A stretch of DNA of 64,000 nt. It comes from Myxococcota bacterium (GTDB lineage: Bacteria; Myxococcota_A; UBA796; CAJQPC01). Both the position numbers and the translations under genes were made by a program. Shown here in pieces: positions 1 through 8,021 of the stretch. The notes under the pieces are model-generated. The model did not search any database. It was not told the DNA's origin and saw only the letters and a program-made list of their open reading frames with translations. How positions within the stretch are numbered: the stretch's first letter is position 1; each line of letters begins with the position of its first letter. The DNA is taken from contig JAZAMN010000031.1 in NCBI GenBank assembly GCA_036229005.1, positions 160,001-224,000 of the forward strand. The letters run 5' to 3'.

Positions 1-2
1 GT

Positions 3-821
3 GCCTACACCGCCATCGCGGTCGCAGCGCTGGGGGCCACCTCCCGCCCGGAGCGGACCTACGCCTGGGTGCTCTTCGCCTTCGCCCTCGCGCAGGCCCT
101 GGAGCTGTCCCTGCTGCCGATGCTCTCCATGAACGGCATCTACCTGGCGCTCGCCCTCGGCTTCGCTGGGGCGCTCCCCTTCTTCCACTGGATGCCGTCC
201 CACGCCGAGCCGCAGCCAGACAGCCAGGCCGCCCACCCGGCCCTCCCCAAGTGGGTCCCCTGGCTCGTCATGGCCGCGGTGCTGTTCAGCTACGTGAACA
301 TCGGCACCTACTGGACCTACATCGAGCTGGCCGCACAAGACGCGGCCCTGCCCAGCGGCTGGATCCGCGGGGTCCTGATCGGGGCCTCGGCCGCCTCCCT
401 GCTGGGCTGCCTGGTCTCCACCACCCTCAGCCGCCGGCTGGGCCTCGGGCGCGCCATCCGCTGGACCCTGGCCGCGCAGGCCGCGGTCGTGCTGCTCTTG
501 GTCGGGGGCCTACAGACCGGCCGCTTCCTCGCCAGCGTCAGCGCGTTCAGCGCCCTGTGGATGCTCTCGGACATCTTCCAGCTCTCCGGCATCGCCCGCA
601 TCGACGCCAGCGGGCGGCTCGCCGCGCTGATCCCCGGCGCCCAGGGGCTGGGGCAGATCCTGGGCCCCAGCAGCGCCGCCGCCCTCCTGGGCTCCGGGGC
701 GGGCTACCGCGGCGTCTTCGCCCTGGCCGCCGCAGCCTCCGGCGTCGCGCTGGCGCTGCACCTCTTCCTCCACTGGACCCGCGCCGCCGACCGGGCGCTG
801 GCCACCGATGACCTTTCCTGA
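3..821 (+). CDS. MFS transporter (5' partial; runs off window start)
   Basis: Frame is open from base 3 (AYTAIAVAALG...). Multiple hydrophobic helices, MFS-like 'LSRRLGLGR' loop and C-terminal 'GQILGP...GYRGVF'. Confidence 0.8.
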   Translation, partial: AYTAIAVAALGATSRPERTYAWVLFAFALAQALELSLLPMLSMNGIYLALALGFAGALPFFHWMPSHAEPQPDSQAAHPALPKWVPWLVMAAVLFSYVNIGTYWTYIELAAQDAALPSGWIRGVLIGASAASLLGCLVSTTLSRRLGLGRAIRWTLAAQAAVVLLLVGGLQTGRFLASVSAFSALWMLSDIFQLSGIARIDASGRLAALIPGAQGLGQILGPSSAAALLGSGAGYRGVFALAAAASGVALALHLFLHWTRAADRALATDDLS

Positions 822-834
822 CTCTGGAGCGACC

Positions 835-1509
835 ATGTCCGCTACCGCACGCCGCGTGTTCCCCCCCGCCCCCACCACCCCCAGAGCCCTGCTCCTGCGG
901 GCGCACCCCCTGCCCGACAGCTTCAACTCCGCCCTGGCGGACGCCTGGCAGGCCGGCGCCGAGTCCGCGGGCGCGACCGTCCAGACCCTGGATGTCCACG
1001 AGCTGCGCTTCGACCCGGCGCTGTTGATGGCCCACCGCGAGTCCATGCCCTTGGAGCCCGACCTCCAGCGCGTCCAGCGCGAGCTCGCGGCCTGCGCCCA
1101 CCTGACCATCGCCTACCCGGTCTGGTGGGGGAGCACGCCCGCCCTGCTCAAGGGCCTGTTCGACCGGGTGCTGCAGCCCGGGTGGGCCTACGCGATGGGC
1201 GCCGGCGTGTTCCCCGACAAGGGCCTCTCCGGGCGCACCGGCCGCCTGCTGGTCACCATGGACACCCCCGGCTGGTACGCCAGCCTGGTCTACGGCGCGT
1301 CCGCCCGAAAGCAGGTCCAGCGCGCGACGCTCCACTTTGTGGGCATCGCCCCCACGCGGGTGGATCTCTTCGCCCCCATCGAGAAGACCACCCCCGCCCA
1401 GCGCGACAAGATGCTCAAGCAGGCCCAGGCGGCCGGGCGAAAGGACGGCGCGCGCCTGCTTGCGCGCTTCCCCGGACAGCGGCAGGCTCTGGGCTCCAAT
1501 GACTGTTGA
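835..1509 (+). CDS. NAD(P)H-dependent oxidoreductase, flavodoxin-2 fold (NAD(P)H:quinone dehydrogenase-like)
   Basis: 'AHPLPDSFNSAL', 'YPVWWGSTPALLKGLFDRV', 'TMDTP'. GGAG RBS before ATG 835. Confidence 0.88.
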   Translation: MSATARRVFPPAPTTPRALLLRAHPLPDSFNSALADAWQAGAESAGATVQTLDVHELRFDPALLMAHRESMPLEPDLQRVQRELAACAHLTIAYPVWWGSTPALLKGLFDRVLQPGWAYAMGAGVFPDKGLSGRTGRLLVTMDTPGWYASLVYGASARKQVQRATLHFVGIAPTRVDLFAPIEKTTPAQRDKMLKQAQAAGRKDGARLLARFPGQRQALGSNDC

Positions 1510-2389
1510 AGACCACGAACTGGAGCCCCACCGCCCCACCCTGGAGGCCCTGGCCTTCCGGATGCTCGGGTCCGCAAGCGAGGCAGAAGAGGTGGTCCAA
1601 GAGGCCTTCATCCGAGCCCTCCTGCAGCCCCCGGTCCTGGACGGTCGCCCCCTGCGCTCCTGGCTGGTGCGGGTGACCTGCAACCTGGCCCGCGACCACC
1701 TCCGCAAGCGCAAGGTCCGGGCCTACCACGGCCCCTGGCTGCCCGAGCCCGTGCGCTCCCCGCCCAGCGACCCCACCCTGGACGCCGAATCCCAGCTCCG
1801 CCTGTCAGAGACGGCCACCCTGGCCTGGCTGGTCGCCGCCGAAGCCCTCACCCCCGAACAGCGCGCGGTCTTCCTGCTCCGCGAGGTCCTGGAGTGGGAG
1901 GTGCAGGAGGTCGGCCAGGCCCTGGAGCGCTCCCCCGGCGCCGTCCGCAGCCTGCACCTGCGCGCCCGCAGAGCGCTCGTGGACGCCCCCATCCCCAGCC
2001 CGGACCCCTCCACCCTGCGCGCCCACCGCCGCGCCCTCCACGCCATGCTCACCGCGCTGGCCAGCCGAGACCTCGGGGCGGTCCAGGCGCTGATGACCCC
2101 CGACGTCACTCTGCTGTGCGACGGGGGTGGAGAGGTCTACGCCGCCGGCAAGGCCCTGCGCGGCGCGGAGCGGGTGGCCCGGGTCCTGCTGAACCTCAGC
2201 GCGGCGTCCATCCAGCTCGACATCGAACACATCAACGGCCTCCCCGCCGTGGTCGAGCGCTCTCCCCCCCAGCCCGGCTGGCCCAGCGTGAGCGTGACCG
2301 CCATCGCCCTGGGACCGGATGGCCGGATCTGCGCGCTCTACAACGTCGTCGCCCCCTCCAAGCTCCGCGGCTTCACCGCCAAGCCCTGA
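1499..2389 (+). CDS. sigJ: ECF sigma factor, ECF41/SigJ type with C-terminal SnoaL-like extension
   Basis: 'AFRMLGSASEAEEVVQEAF', linker 'YHGPWLPEP', 'DGGG' motif and a terminal 'VAPSKL' (variant of NPDKL). Overlaps the upstream oxidoreductase. Confidence 0.85.
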   Translation: MTVEDHELEPHRPTLEALAFRMLGSASEAEEVVQEAFIRALLQPPVLDGRPLRSWLVRVTCNLARDHLRKRKVRAYHGPWLPEPVRSPPSDPTLDAESQLRLSETATLAWLVAAEALTPEQRAVFLLREVLEWEVQEVGQALERSPGAVRSLHLRARRALVDAPIPSPDPSTLRAHRRALHAMLTALASRDLGAVQALMTPDVTLLCDGGGEVYAAGKALRGAERVARVLLNLSAASIQLDIEHINGLPAVVERSPPQPGWPSVSVTAIALGPDGRICALYNVVAPSKLRGFTAKP

Positions 2390-2402
2390 GCTGGATCACC
2401 CC

Positions 2403-2428
2403 CCTCCCCCTGCGCCCACAGGGGGAGG
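2403..2428 (+). terminator. GC-rich hairpin downstream of sigJ (terminator-like, no U-tract)
   Basis: Perfect 10-bp stem CCTCCCCCTG / CAGGGGGAGG with a 6-nt loop. Confidence 0.45.
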
Positions 2429-2466
2429 TCCCCAGGGCGATACCTTGACCCACCCCTGGAGCGCCC

Positions 2467-3324
2467 ATGTCCGAGCAGATTCAGCCCCCCGTCTACACCA
2501 AGTCCGGCAAGCTGGCCAAGCGCTACTACGAGGCCGAGCTGGCCCGCCTCCAGGAGGAGCTCGTGCGGCTCCAGTACTGGGTCAAGGCCACCGGCAAGCG
2601 CGTGGTCATCGTGTTCGAGGGCCGGGACGCCGCCGGCAAGGGCGGCACCATCAAGCGCATCACCGAGCGCCTGAACCCCCGCGGCGCCACCGTCGTCGCC
2701 CTGGGCGTGCCCACCGAGCGGGAGAAGACCCAGTGGTACTTCCAGCGCTACGTGCAGCACCTGCCTGCGGCCGGCGAGATCGTGCTCTTTGACCGGTCCT
2801 GGTACAACCGCGCGGGCGTCGAGAAGGTCATGGGCTTCTGCACCGACGCCCAGTACCAGCAGTTCATGCGGAGCTGCCCGCAGTTCGAGCGCATGCTGGT
2901 CCGGGACGGCATCACCCTGATCAAGTACTGGTTCTCCGTGTCCTCGCAGGAGCAGGAGCGCCGCTTCCAGAGCCGCATCCACAACCCCCTCAAGCGGTGG
3001 AAGATCAGCCCCATGGACCTCGAAGCCCGCAGCCGCTGGTCCGAGTACTCCCAGGCCAAGGACGCGATGTTCGAGCACACCGACATCAAGCAGGCCCCCT
3101 GGTTCGTGGTGCCCAGCGACGACAAGAAGCGCGCCCGCCTCAACTGCATCAACCACCTGCTCTCGCAGTTCGAGTACCAGGACCTGATGCCCGGCCCCAT
3201 CGCGCTCCCCGCCCGCACCGAGGACATCGGCTACGTGCGCCCGCCCTTGGACGAGCAGACCTTCGTGCCCGATGTCTACGGGCCGCCCGCAGGCAGTGAC
3301 ACGCCAGAAACCCCCGAAGCCTGA
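2467..3324 (+). CDS. ppk2: Polyphosphate kinase 2
   Basis: 'FEGRDAAGKGGTIKRI', 'FDRSWYNRAGVEKVMGFC', 'WKISPMD', 'DDKKRARLNCI'. Confidence 0.96.
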   Translation: MSEQIQPPVYTKSGKLAKRYYEAELARLQEELVRLQYWVKATGKRVVIVFEGRDAAGKGGTIKRITERLNPRGATVVALGVPTEREKTQWYFQRYVQHLPAAGEIVLFDRSWYNRAGVEKVMGFCTDAQYQQFMRSCPQFERMLVRDGITLIKYWFSVSSQEQERRFQSRIHNPLKRWKISPMDLEARSRWSEYSQAKDAMFEHTDIKQAPWFVVPSDDKKRARLNCINHLLSQFEYQDLMPGPIALPARTEDIGYVRPPLDEQTFVPDVYGPPAGSDTPETPEA

Positions 3325-3331
3325 TCGCTTC

Positions 3332-3395
3332 GTTCTGCCGGGCAGAAGTTCCAAACAGGCCCGTCCGGCAGAACCCGGGCCCGAGTGTCGGAACT
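3332..3395. repeat. Inverted repeat / structured element between convergent genes
   Basis: GTTCTGCCGGGC (3332-3343) pairs with GTCCGGCAGAAC (3363-3374). Confidence 0.5.
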
Positions 3396-3409
3396 CATGC
3401 TTCGGAGAA

Positions 3410-3745
3410 CTACCCGTCGCACCGCTCGACGGACAGGTCCTGCTCGGCGCCCTCGCAAGACAGCGCCACCGTGGTGATGTCCCCCTGACAGCCCGGGGTG
3501 CTCTCCGACCACAGGGTCCACGAGCCGGGGGCCAAGGTCATCGTGTAGTGCCCCTCTCCATCCGCGACGGCCTGCAGTGGGGTCTGCTCCCTCTGCTGCG
3601 CGAACACCGCCGCGCTCCCCAAGGTGGCCGTGCCCAGGTCGACATACACCGTCCCGGAGACCTCCGCGTTGGGGCAGCCGCTGTCCGCGGAGCGTGAATC
3701 GGGGGACCCGCCGGCGCAGGCCAGCAACAGAAGTACGACAGTCAT
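3410..3745 (-). CDS. Small putative lipoprotein, carboxypeptidase-regulatory-like beta-sandwich
   Basis: MTVVLLLLAC; 'VSGTV...ADGEGHYTMTLAPGSWTL'. Confidence 0.65.
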   Translation of the reverse strand: MTVVLLLLACAGGSPDSRSADSGCPNAEVSGTVYVDLGTATLGSAAVFAQQREQTPLQAVADGEGHYTMTLAPGSWTLWSESTPGCQGDITTVALSCEGAEQDLSVERCDG

Positions 3746-3800
3746 GCCCTGGTTTTACCCCACGGGCGGGCGGGGTATCTTGCACCCAACGGAGAACGTG

Positions 3801-4187
3801 ATGCCCCTGCAGCGCCTGTTGACCCCCTTGCTCAGCCTGTGGCTCCTGGCCGCCTTCGTGTTCACCCCGGTGGCCCGCGCCCAGGCCGTCGCCGGGAGCA
3901 CCTCCGTCCAGTCTGTCCCCGCACAGACTCTCCCCGCGCAGCCCGCCAATGGCGCCGCCCTGCGCCTGAGCGAACACAGCGCGCCCGTCCCCGAGTCCAC
4001 CGCCCTGCTGGCCTCCGCGCCCGTCTACGAAGAGTCCCCCGGCGTCCCCGGCGGCGTGGGCATGCCGGGTGACCGCGTCGGCTCCGACATCCTGCTCGTG
4101 AGCCTCGCGGCCTTCGCGGGCGCCTTCCTGGGCGGCTTCACGGCGGGCACGATCTGCTGCGCCGTCTTCTTCGTGTACTACTACTGA
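3801..4187 (+). CDS. Hypothetical exported protein with C-terminal TM helix
   Basis: GGAG RBS, signal peptide ending ARA-Q, hydrophobic C-terminus ending CCAVFFVYYY. Confidence 0.65.
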   Translation: MPLQRLLTPLLSLWLLAAFVFTPVARAQAVAGSTSVQSVPAQTLPAQPANGAALRLSEHSAPVPESTALLASAPVYEESPGVPGGVGMPGDRVGSDILLVSLAAFAGAFLGGFTAGTICCAVFFVYYY

Positions 4188-4195
4188 GGACGGCG

Positions 4196-5044
4196 ATGTT
4201 CTGGGTCCTGGCGGCCTTGGCCTGGCAGGCCCCCAACGCGGAGACCGGCGTCTCCCTCAGCCCCCAGTGGCAGCCCGACCAGGCCCCCGTCACCGACGCC
4301 GCGCACGCCGTGAGCTGGCCCTCTCTGGGCGTCCACCTCTGGCTTCGGCCCGTCCCCGCCCCCAAGCTCGCCCTCGGTGAACAGGCCCTGCTCGACAGCG
4401 AAGAGGCCACCCTCGCCCTCTCCCCCGACCGCCTCGCCCGGGCCATGCAGCGCGAGCGCCCAGAGCTGTCCACCCACTACATCGGCCCCTCCGAGCAGGG
4501 AGCCCACGTCGGCCGCTGGGTCTTCGAGCACCAGGACGCCCACGGCACCTGGCTGAGCTGGCAGCTCCTCTGGCAGGCCGGCTCCGGGCAGTGGTACCAG
4601 CTCCTGGCCCAGGCCCCCCGCGAGCATGCCGCCCCCGTCGCCACCCTCATGCGCCAGGTCGAGTCCCAGGTCTGGGTCAGCACGCCGCCGCCCCCCGCTC
4701 TGATGGTCAAGAAGATCCGCAGCACCTGCCCACCGGATCGCCACCTCACCCGCTCCCAGGTGCTCTCCGGCTCCTCTGCACTGCAGACCGCCAGCGAGGT
4801 GCTCGGGTCCGCGACCGACCCCACCCACAAGACCTTGGCCGAGCTGCGCCTGATGGGCCTGCTCTACCGCAACACCGAAGGCTGCCTGCGCCAGGTCTCC
4901 GAGGCCTCCCCCCTCTGCCGCGTGGTCGAGTCCCCCGCCCAGAGCCCCCAGGACCACCTGCTGGTCGAGCAGGTGCGCGCCTGCGTGGACGCCGACCCCG
5001 AGCTGCGCGCCACCCTGGAGCAGGTCGTGGAGGGGGCGAGGTGA
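4196..5044 (+). CDS. Hypothetical exported protein
   Basis: GAGG RBS, short hydrophobic N-terminus, GC3-biased codons, GTGA coupling to the next gene. Confidence 0.7.
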   Translation: MFWVLAALAWQAPNAETGVSLSPQWQPDQAPVTDAAHAVSWPSLGVHLWLRPVPAPKLALGEQALLDSEEATLALSPDRLARAMQRERPELSTHYIGPSEQGAHVGRWVFEHQDAHGTWLSWQLLWQAGSGQWYQLLAQAPREHAAPVATLMRQVESQVWVSTPPPPALMVKKIRSTCPPDRHLTRSQVLSGSSALQTASEVLGSATDPTHKTLAELRLMGLLYRNTEGCLRQVSEASPLCRVVESPAQSPQDHLLVEQVRACVDADPELRATLEQVVEGAR

Positions 5045-5526
5045 TCTGGCTGCACGCCTGGCTGTCGTGCACACCGCCTGAACCTCTGCCCCCCGGCACC
5101 CTCTCAGGCCGCCGCTTCACCAGCGAGGACATGGCGCTGCAGCTCGACTTCGGGCCCGGCTGGTCCCTGGTCACCGACCCCGCCCTCTTCCGCTCCGGGC
5201 TCCCCGCCACCCAGCTCGAGGCCCGCAACGGAGACCTCAAGGTCGCCCTCACCTTCACCCAGCTCTCCGGCCTGGCCATGCAGGGCGGCAGCGCCGTGGA
5301 CCTGCTCCACGAGCTCTCCCCCGCCCCTAATGGCACCGCCCAGGACCCCAGCTACCGCTACGGCCGCCTCCCCCGCTGCGGCGACGCCGCCTTCCGCAGC
5401 CTCCAGGAGCACCACTGGCTGGCCCGCCGCACCGACACCGGCCTGGCCATCCTCCACGCCTGGGGCGCCGACCCCGCCCCCGCCCGCGTCCTCCTCTGCG
5501 GCCCCTCCACCGGACCCACCCCGTGA
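5041..5526 (+). CDS. Hypothetical putative lipoprotein
   Basis: GTGA overlaps on both ends; MIWLHAWLSC. Confidence 0.6.
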   Translation: MIWLHAWLSCTPPEPLPPGTLSGRRFTSEDMALQLDFGPGWSLVTDPALFRSGLPATQLEARNGDLKVALTFTQLSGLAMQGGSAVDLLHELSPAPNGTAQDPSYRYGRLPRCGDAAFRSLQEHHWLARRTDTGLAILHAWGADPAPARVLLCGPSTGPTP

Positions 5527-7010
5527 GGGCCGCCACCGCCCTGCGCTGGGCCGCGGCCTGTATCGCCGCCGCCATGCTCCTGGCCCTGACCGAGAACGCC
5601 GCCAGCGCCCACCCCGAGCGCCTGCGCTTCTTCTGGGGCGTCGACCTGCTCGCCGCGCTCCCCCTCGCCCTCACCGCCGCGCTGCTCGGCGCCCTCCGCC
5701 CCCGCCCGCGCCCCTGGCCCTGGACCCTGGCCGCACTCAGCCTCCTCGTCGGCGCCCTGCTCAGCGGCGTGGCCGTGTTCGCCGGCGGCGTCGACAGCGG
5801 CTTGCAGACCGCCACCCAGTGGCGCCGCGCCAGCCCCCTGCCCTACCTGCGCGCCGACGATGCCCGCCCCATCGTGCTCATCAGCGTGGACACCTGGCGC
5901 CACGACAGCCTGGAGCACATGCCCCTGCTGGCCGCCCGCGCCCAACACGCCGCCCACTACACCCGCGCCCGCAGCACGGCCCCGTGGACCCTGCCCAGCA
6001 TGGCCTCGCTGGTGACCGGGCAGTCCGTGCACAGTCACGGGGCGGGTCGCAGAGCCCACGCGGTGGAGACGGGTGTGCGCAGCGGGATCCAGCCCAACCT
6101 CCCCCTGCTCGCCGAGTCCCTGCAGGACCGCGGCTACGTCACCGTCGGCGTGCTCTCGAACCCCTACCTGGGGGCCTCCCTGGGCTTCCACCGCGGCCTG
6201 GACCGCGTCAGCGACGCCACCCGCGAGGCCCTGATGCGCGACCAGCTCCGCGAGAGCCTGCTCCTGCGCGCCCTGCTGCCCCCCGTGAGCGACGACGCCG
6301 AATCCCAGGTCGACCGCGCCCTCCAGCGCTGGGGCCGCATCCACGAAGGGCAGGGCTTTCTGTGGGTGCACCTGGTCGACGCCCACGTCCCCTACGGCGG
6401 CCCGCGCGAGGGCTGCCACCTGCCCGACTGCTTCCCGAGCTGGGTCCCGGTTCGGAGGGGGGAGGCGGATCCCGACCGCGACCACATCGAGTCCCTCTAC
6501 CGCCGGGACCTCTCAGCCCTGGACGCTGCGCTCGACCGCCTGCTCACTCAAGTCCAAGGCGAGGACACGCTGGTCATCCTGGTCGGAGACCACGGCGAGG
6601 CCTTCGGCCCAGGCACCCAGGTCGAGCACGGCCACAGCTTCGCGGACCCGGTCATGCGCGTCCCCCTGCTGGTCTGGGGGCCCGGCGTGCAGCCCGGCGA
6701 GATCGGCCGCCCCGTCGACCTGCGCACGGTCCACGATGCCCTGCTGGACTACGCGGACACCGGCGCGCTGGCGGCCCTGGACCCCGGTCTCCCCGGGGTG
6801 GTCACCCCCATGGCCAGCCTGCTCTACGGACCGGAGGGCAGCGCCTGCAGCGACGGCTGGAACACCGTCCAGGACCGCGGCCAGGGCCCCGAGGCGGTGG
6901 AGGGCCAGCTCACCCCCGAGCTCGTGGGCTGCCTGCCGGGCCCCCTCCCCCTCGCCACCGGCGCTCTGGAGATCGACGCGGCGCTGCGCAGCCTGGGGTA
7001 CGTGGACTGA
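5523..7010 (+). CDS. Membrane-anchored sulfatase-like hydrolase/transferase (alkaline phosphatase superfamily)
   Basis: Three N-terminal TMs; 'LISVDTWRHD', 'APWTLPSMASLVTG', 'HLVDAHVPY', 'GDHGE', 'EHGH', terminal 'LRSLGYV'. Confidence 0.85.
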   Translation: MRAATALRWAAACIAAAMLLALTENAASAHPERLRFFWGVDLLAALPLALTAALLGALRPRPRPWPWTLAALSLLVGALLSGVAVFAGGVDSGLQTATQWRRASPLPYLRADDARPIVLISVDTWRHDSLEHMPLLAARAQHAAHYTRARSTAPWTLPSMASLVTGQSVHSHGAGRRAHAVETGVRSGIQPNLPLLAESLQDRGYVTVGVLSNPYLGASLGFHRGLDRVSDATREALMRDQLRESLLLRALLPPVSDDAESQVDRALQRWGRIHEGQGFLWVHLVDAHVPYGGPREGCHLPDCFPSWVPVRRGEADPDRDHIESLYRRDLSALDAALDRLLTQVQGEDTLVILVGDHGEAFGPGTQVEHGHSFADPVMRVPLLVWGPGVQPGEIGRPVDLRTVHDALLDYADTGALAALDPGLPGVVTPMASLLYGPEGSACSDGWNTVQDRGQGPEAVEGQLTPELVGCLPGPLPLATGALEIDAALRSLGYVD

Positions 7011-7028
7011 CAAGCATCACGATCTCAC

Positions 7029-7045
7029 CTGCGACTGAGTTGCAA
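7029..7045. promoter_or_regulatory. Candidate Zur/Fur-family operator
   Basis: cTGCGAC-TGA-GTTGCAa near-palindrome in an AT-rich gap about 50 bp upstream of a metal-uptake-like operon. Confidence 0.55.
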
Positions 7046-7094
7046 TTACTTTGAACGACAGCTAAGTCGGATGGGCTGCCTGTGGAGGCCCTTG

Positions 7095-8018
7095 ATGACT
7101 GGCTTGTTCTTGCTCCTGTCCGCCCTGACCGCCTGCGACACCACCGACGACCCCGTCTGCGACGTCGAGTCGAACGGGGACACCCACTGCAGCGGAACGC
7201 TGGTCGTGTCCTGCCACGCCGAAGAGGACATGGCCGGGCACTTCCACAGCACCGACTGCGGCGCGGACGGGTACACCTGCGTCGAGTTGGACGACAGCAC
7301 CGCGACCTGCGCGGACGAGACCGCGACCTGCACCGAGGGCGAGGCCACCTGCTCCGAGGACGGAGGCGCCTCCGGGAACTGCGTGGACGGGCTGTTGCAG
7401 ATCGCGCTCTGCGAGAGCGGCTCTCTGTGTGAGGTCGGGGACGACGGCTTCGCGAGCTGCGAGCGCACCTCCGCCGACGAGTGCGCCGGACACGGCCAGA
7501 TGACCGACGACGGGTGCGCCTGCGAGGACGGCTACACGCAGGAGGACGGGCACAGCGACAACTGCGTGATGGACCCGGAGGCCATGTGCGCGCTCTTCGC
7601 TGACACGGACCACATCCACCAGACCACCGCCGCTGAGATCGCGGGCTCCTCATCGGAGGGCACCGGGGCCTTCACCTCCGCGAGCCACGCCCCCACGATG
7701 GAGGTCGTCGAGGTCCAGCTCACGGCCGGCGCCCCCGGCTACGTCCACTTCCCCGTCGTCCTGGACGGCAGCTACGCGGTCATGCTGGACAGCGCGGATC
7801 GCTTCGGCGGCTTCCAGCACCGAGACGGCTCTGTGGTGGAGAGCAGCGCGCTCGGACCGGTCTCCGAGTGCTCAGCCCTGTTGCTGGAGCACCACCAGGG
7901 CGAAGGCTTCGAGAACGACGGGGACGAGAAGGTCCCCTACGTCCTGGAGCTGCAGGGCGGAGAGAGCGACGCCGCCGTCCGATTCCTGCTCGCGCACGTC
8001 CCCGACGCGCACCACTGA
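7095..8018 (+). CDS. Cys/His/Asp-rich lipoprotein with EGF-like module
   Basis: GGAGG RBS; LTAC lipobox; many Cys in the N-terminal half; 'CAGHGQMTDDGCACEDGY'. Confidence 0.75.
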   Translation: MTGLFLLLSALTACDTTDDPVCDVESNGDTHCSGTLVVSCHAEEDMAGHFHSTDCGADGYTCVELDDSTATCADETATCTEGEATCSEDGGASGNCVDGLLQIALCESGSLCEVGDDGFASCERTSADECAGHGQMTDDGCACEDGYTQEDGHSDNCVMDPEAMCALFADTDHIHQTTAAEIAGSSSEGTGAFTSASHAPTMEVVEVQLTAGAPGYVHFPVVLDGSYAVMLDSADRFGGFQHRDGSVVESSALGPVSECSALLLEHHQGEGFENDGDEKVPYVLELQGGESDAAVRFLLAHVPDAHH

Positions 8019-8021
8019 GTG

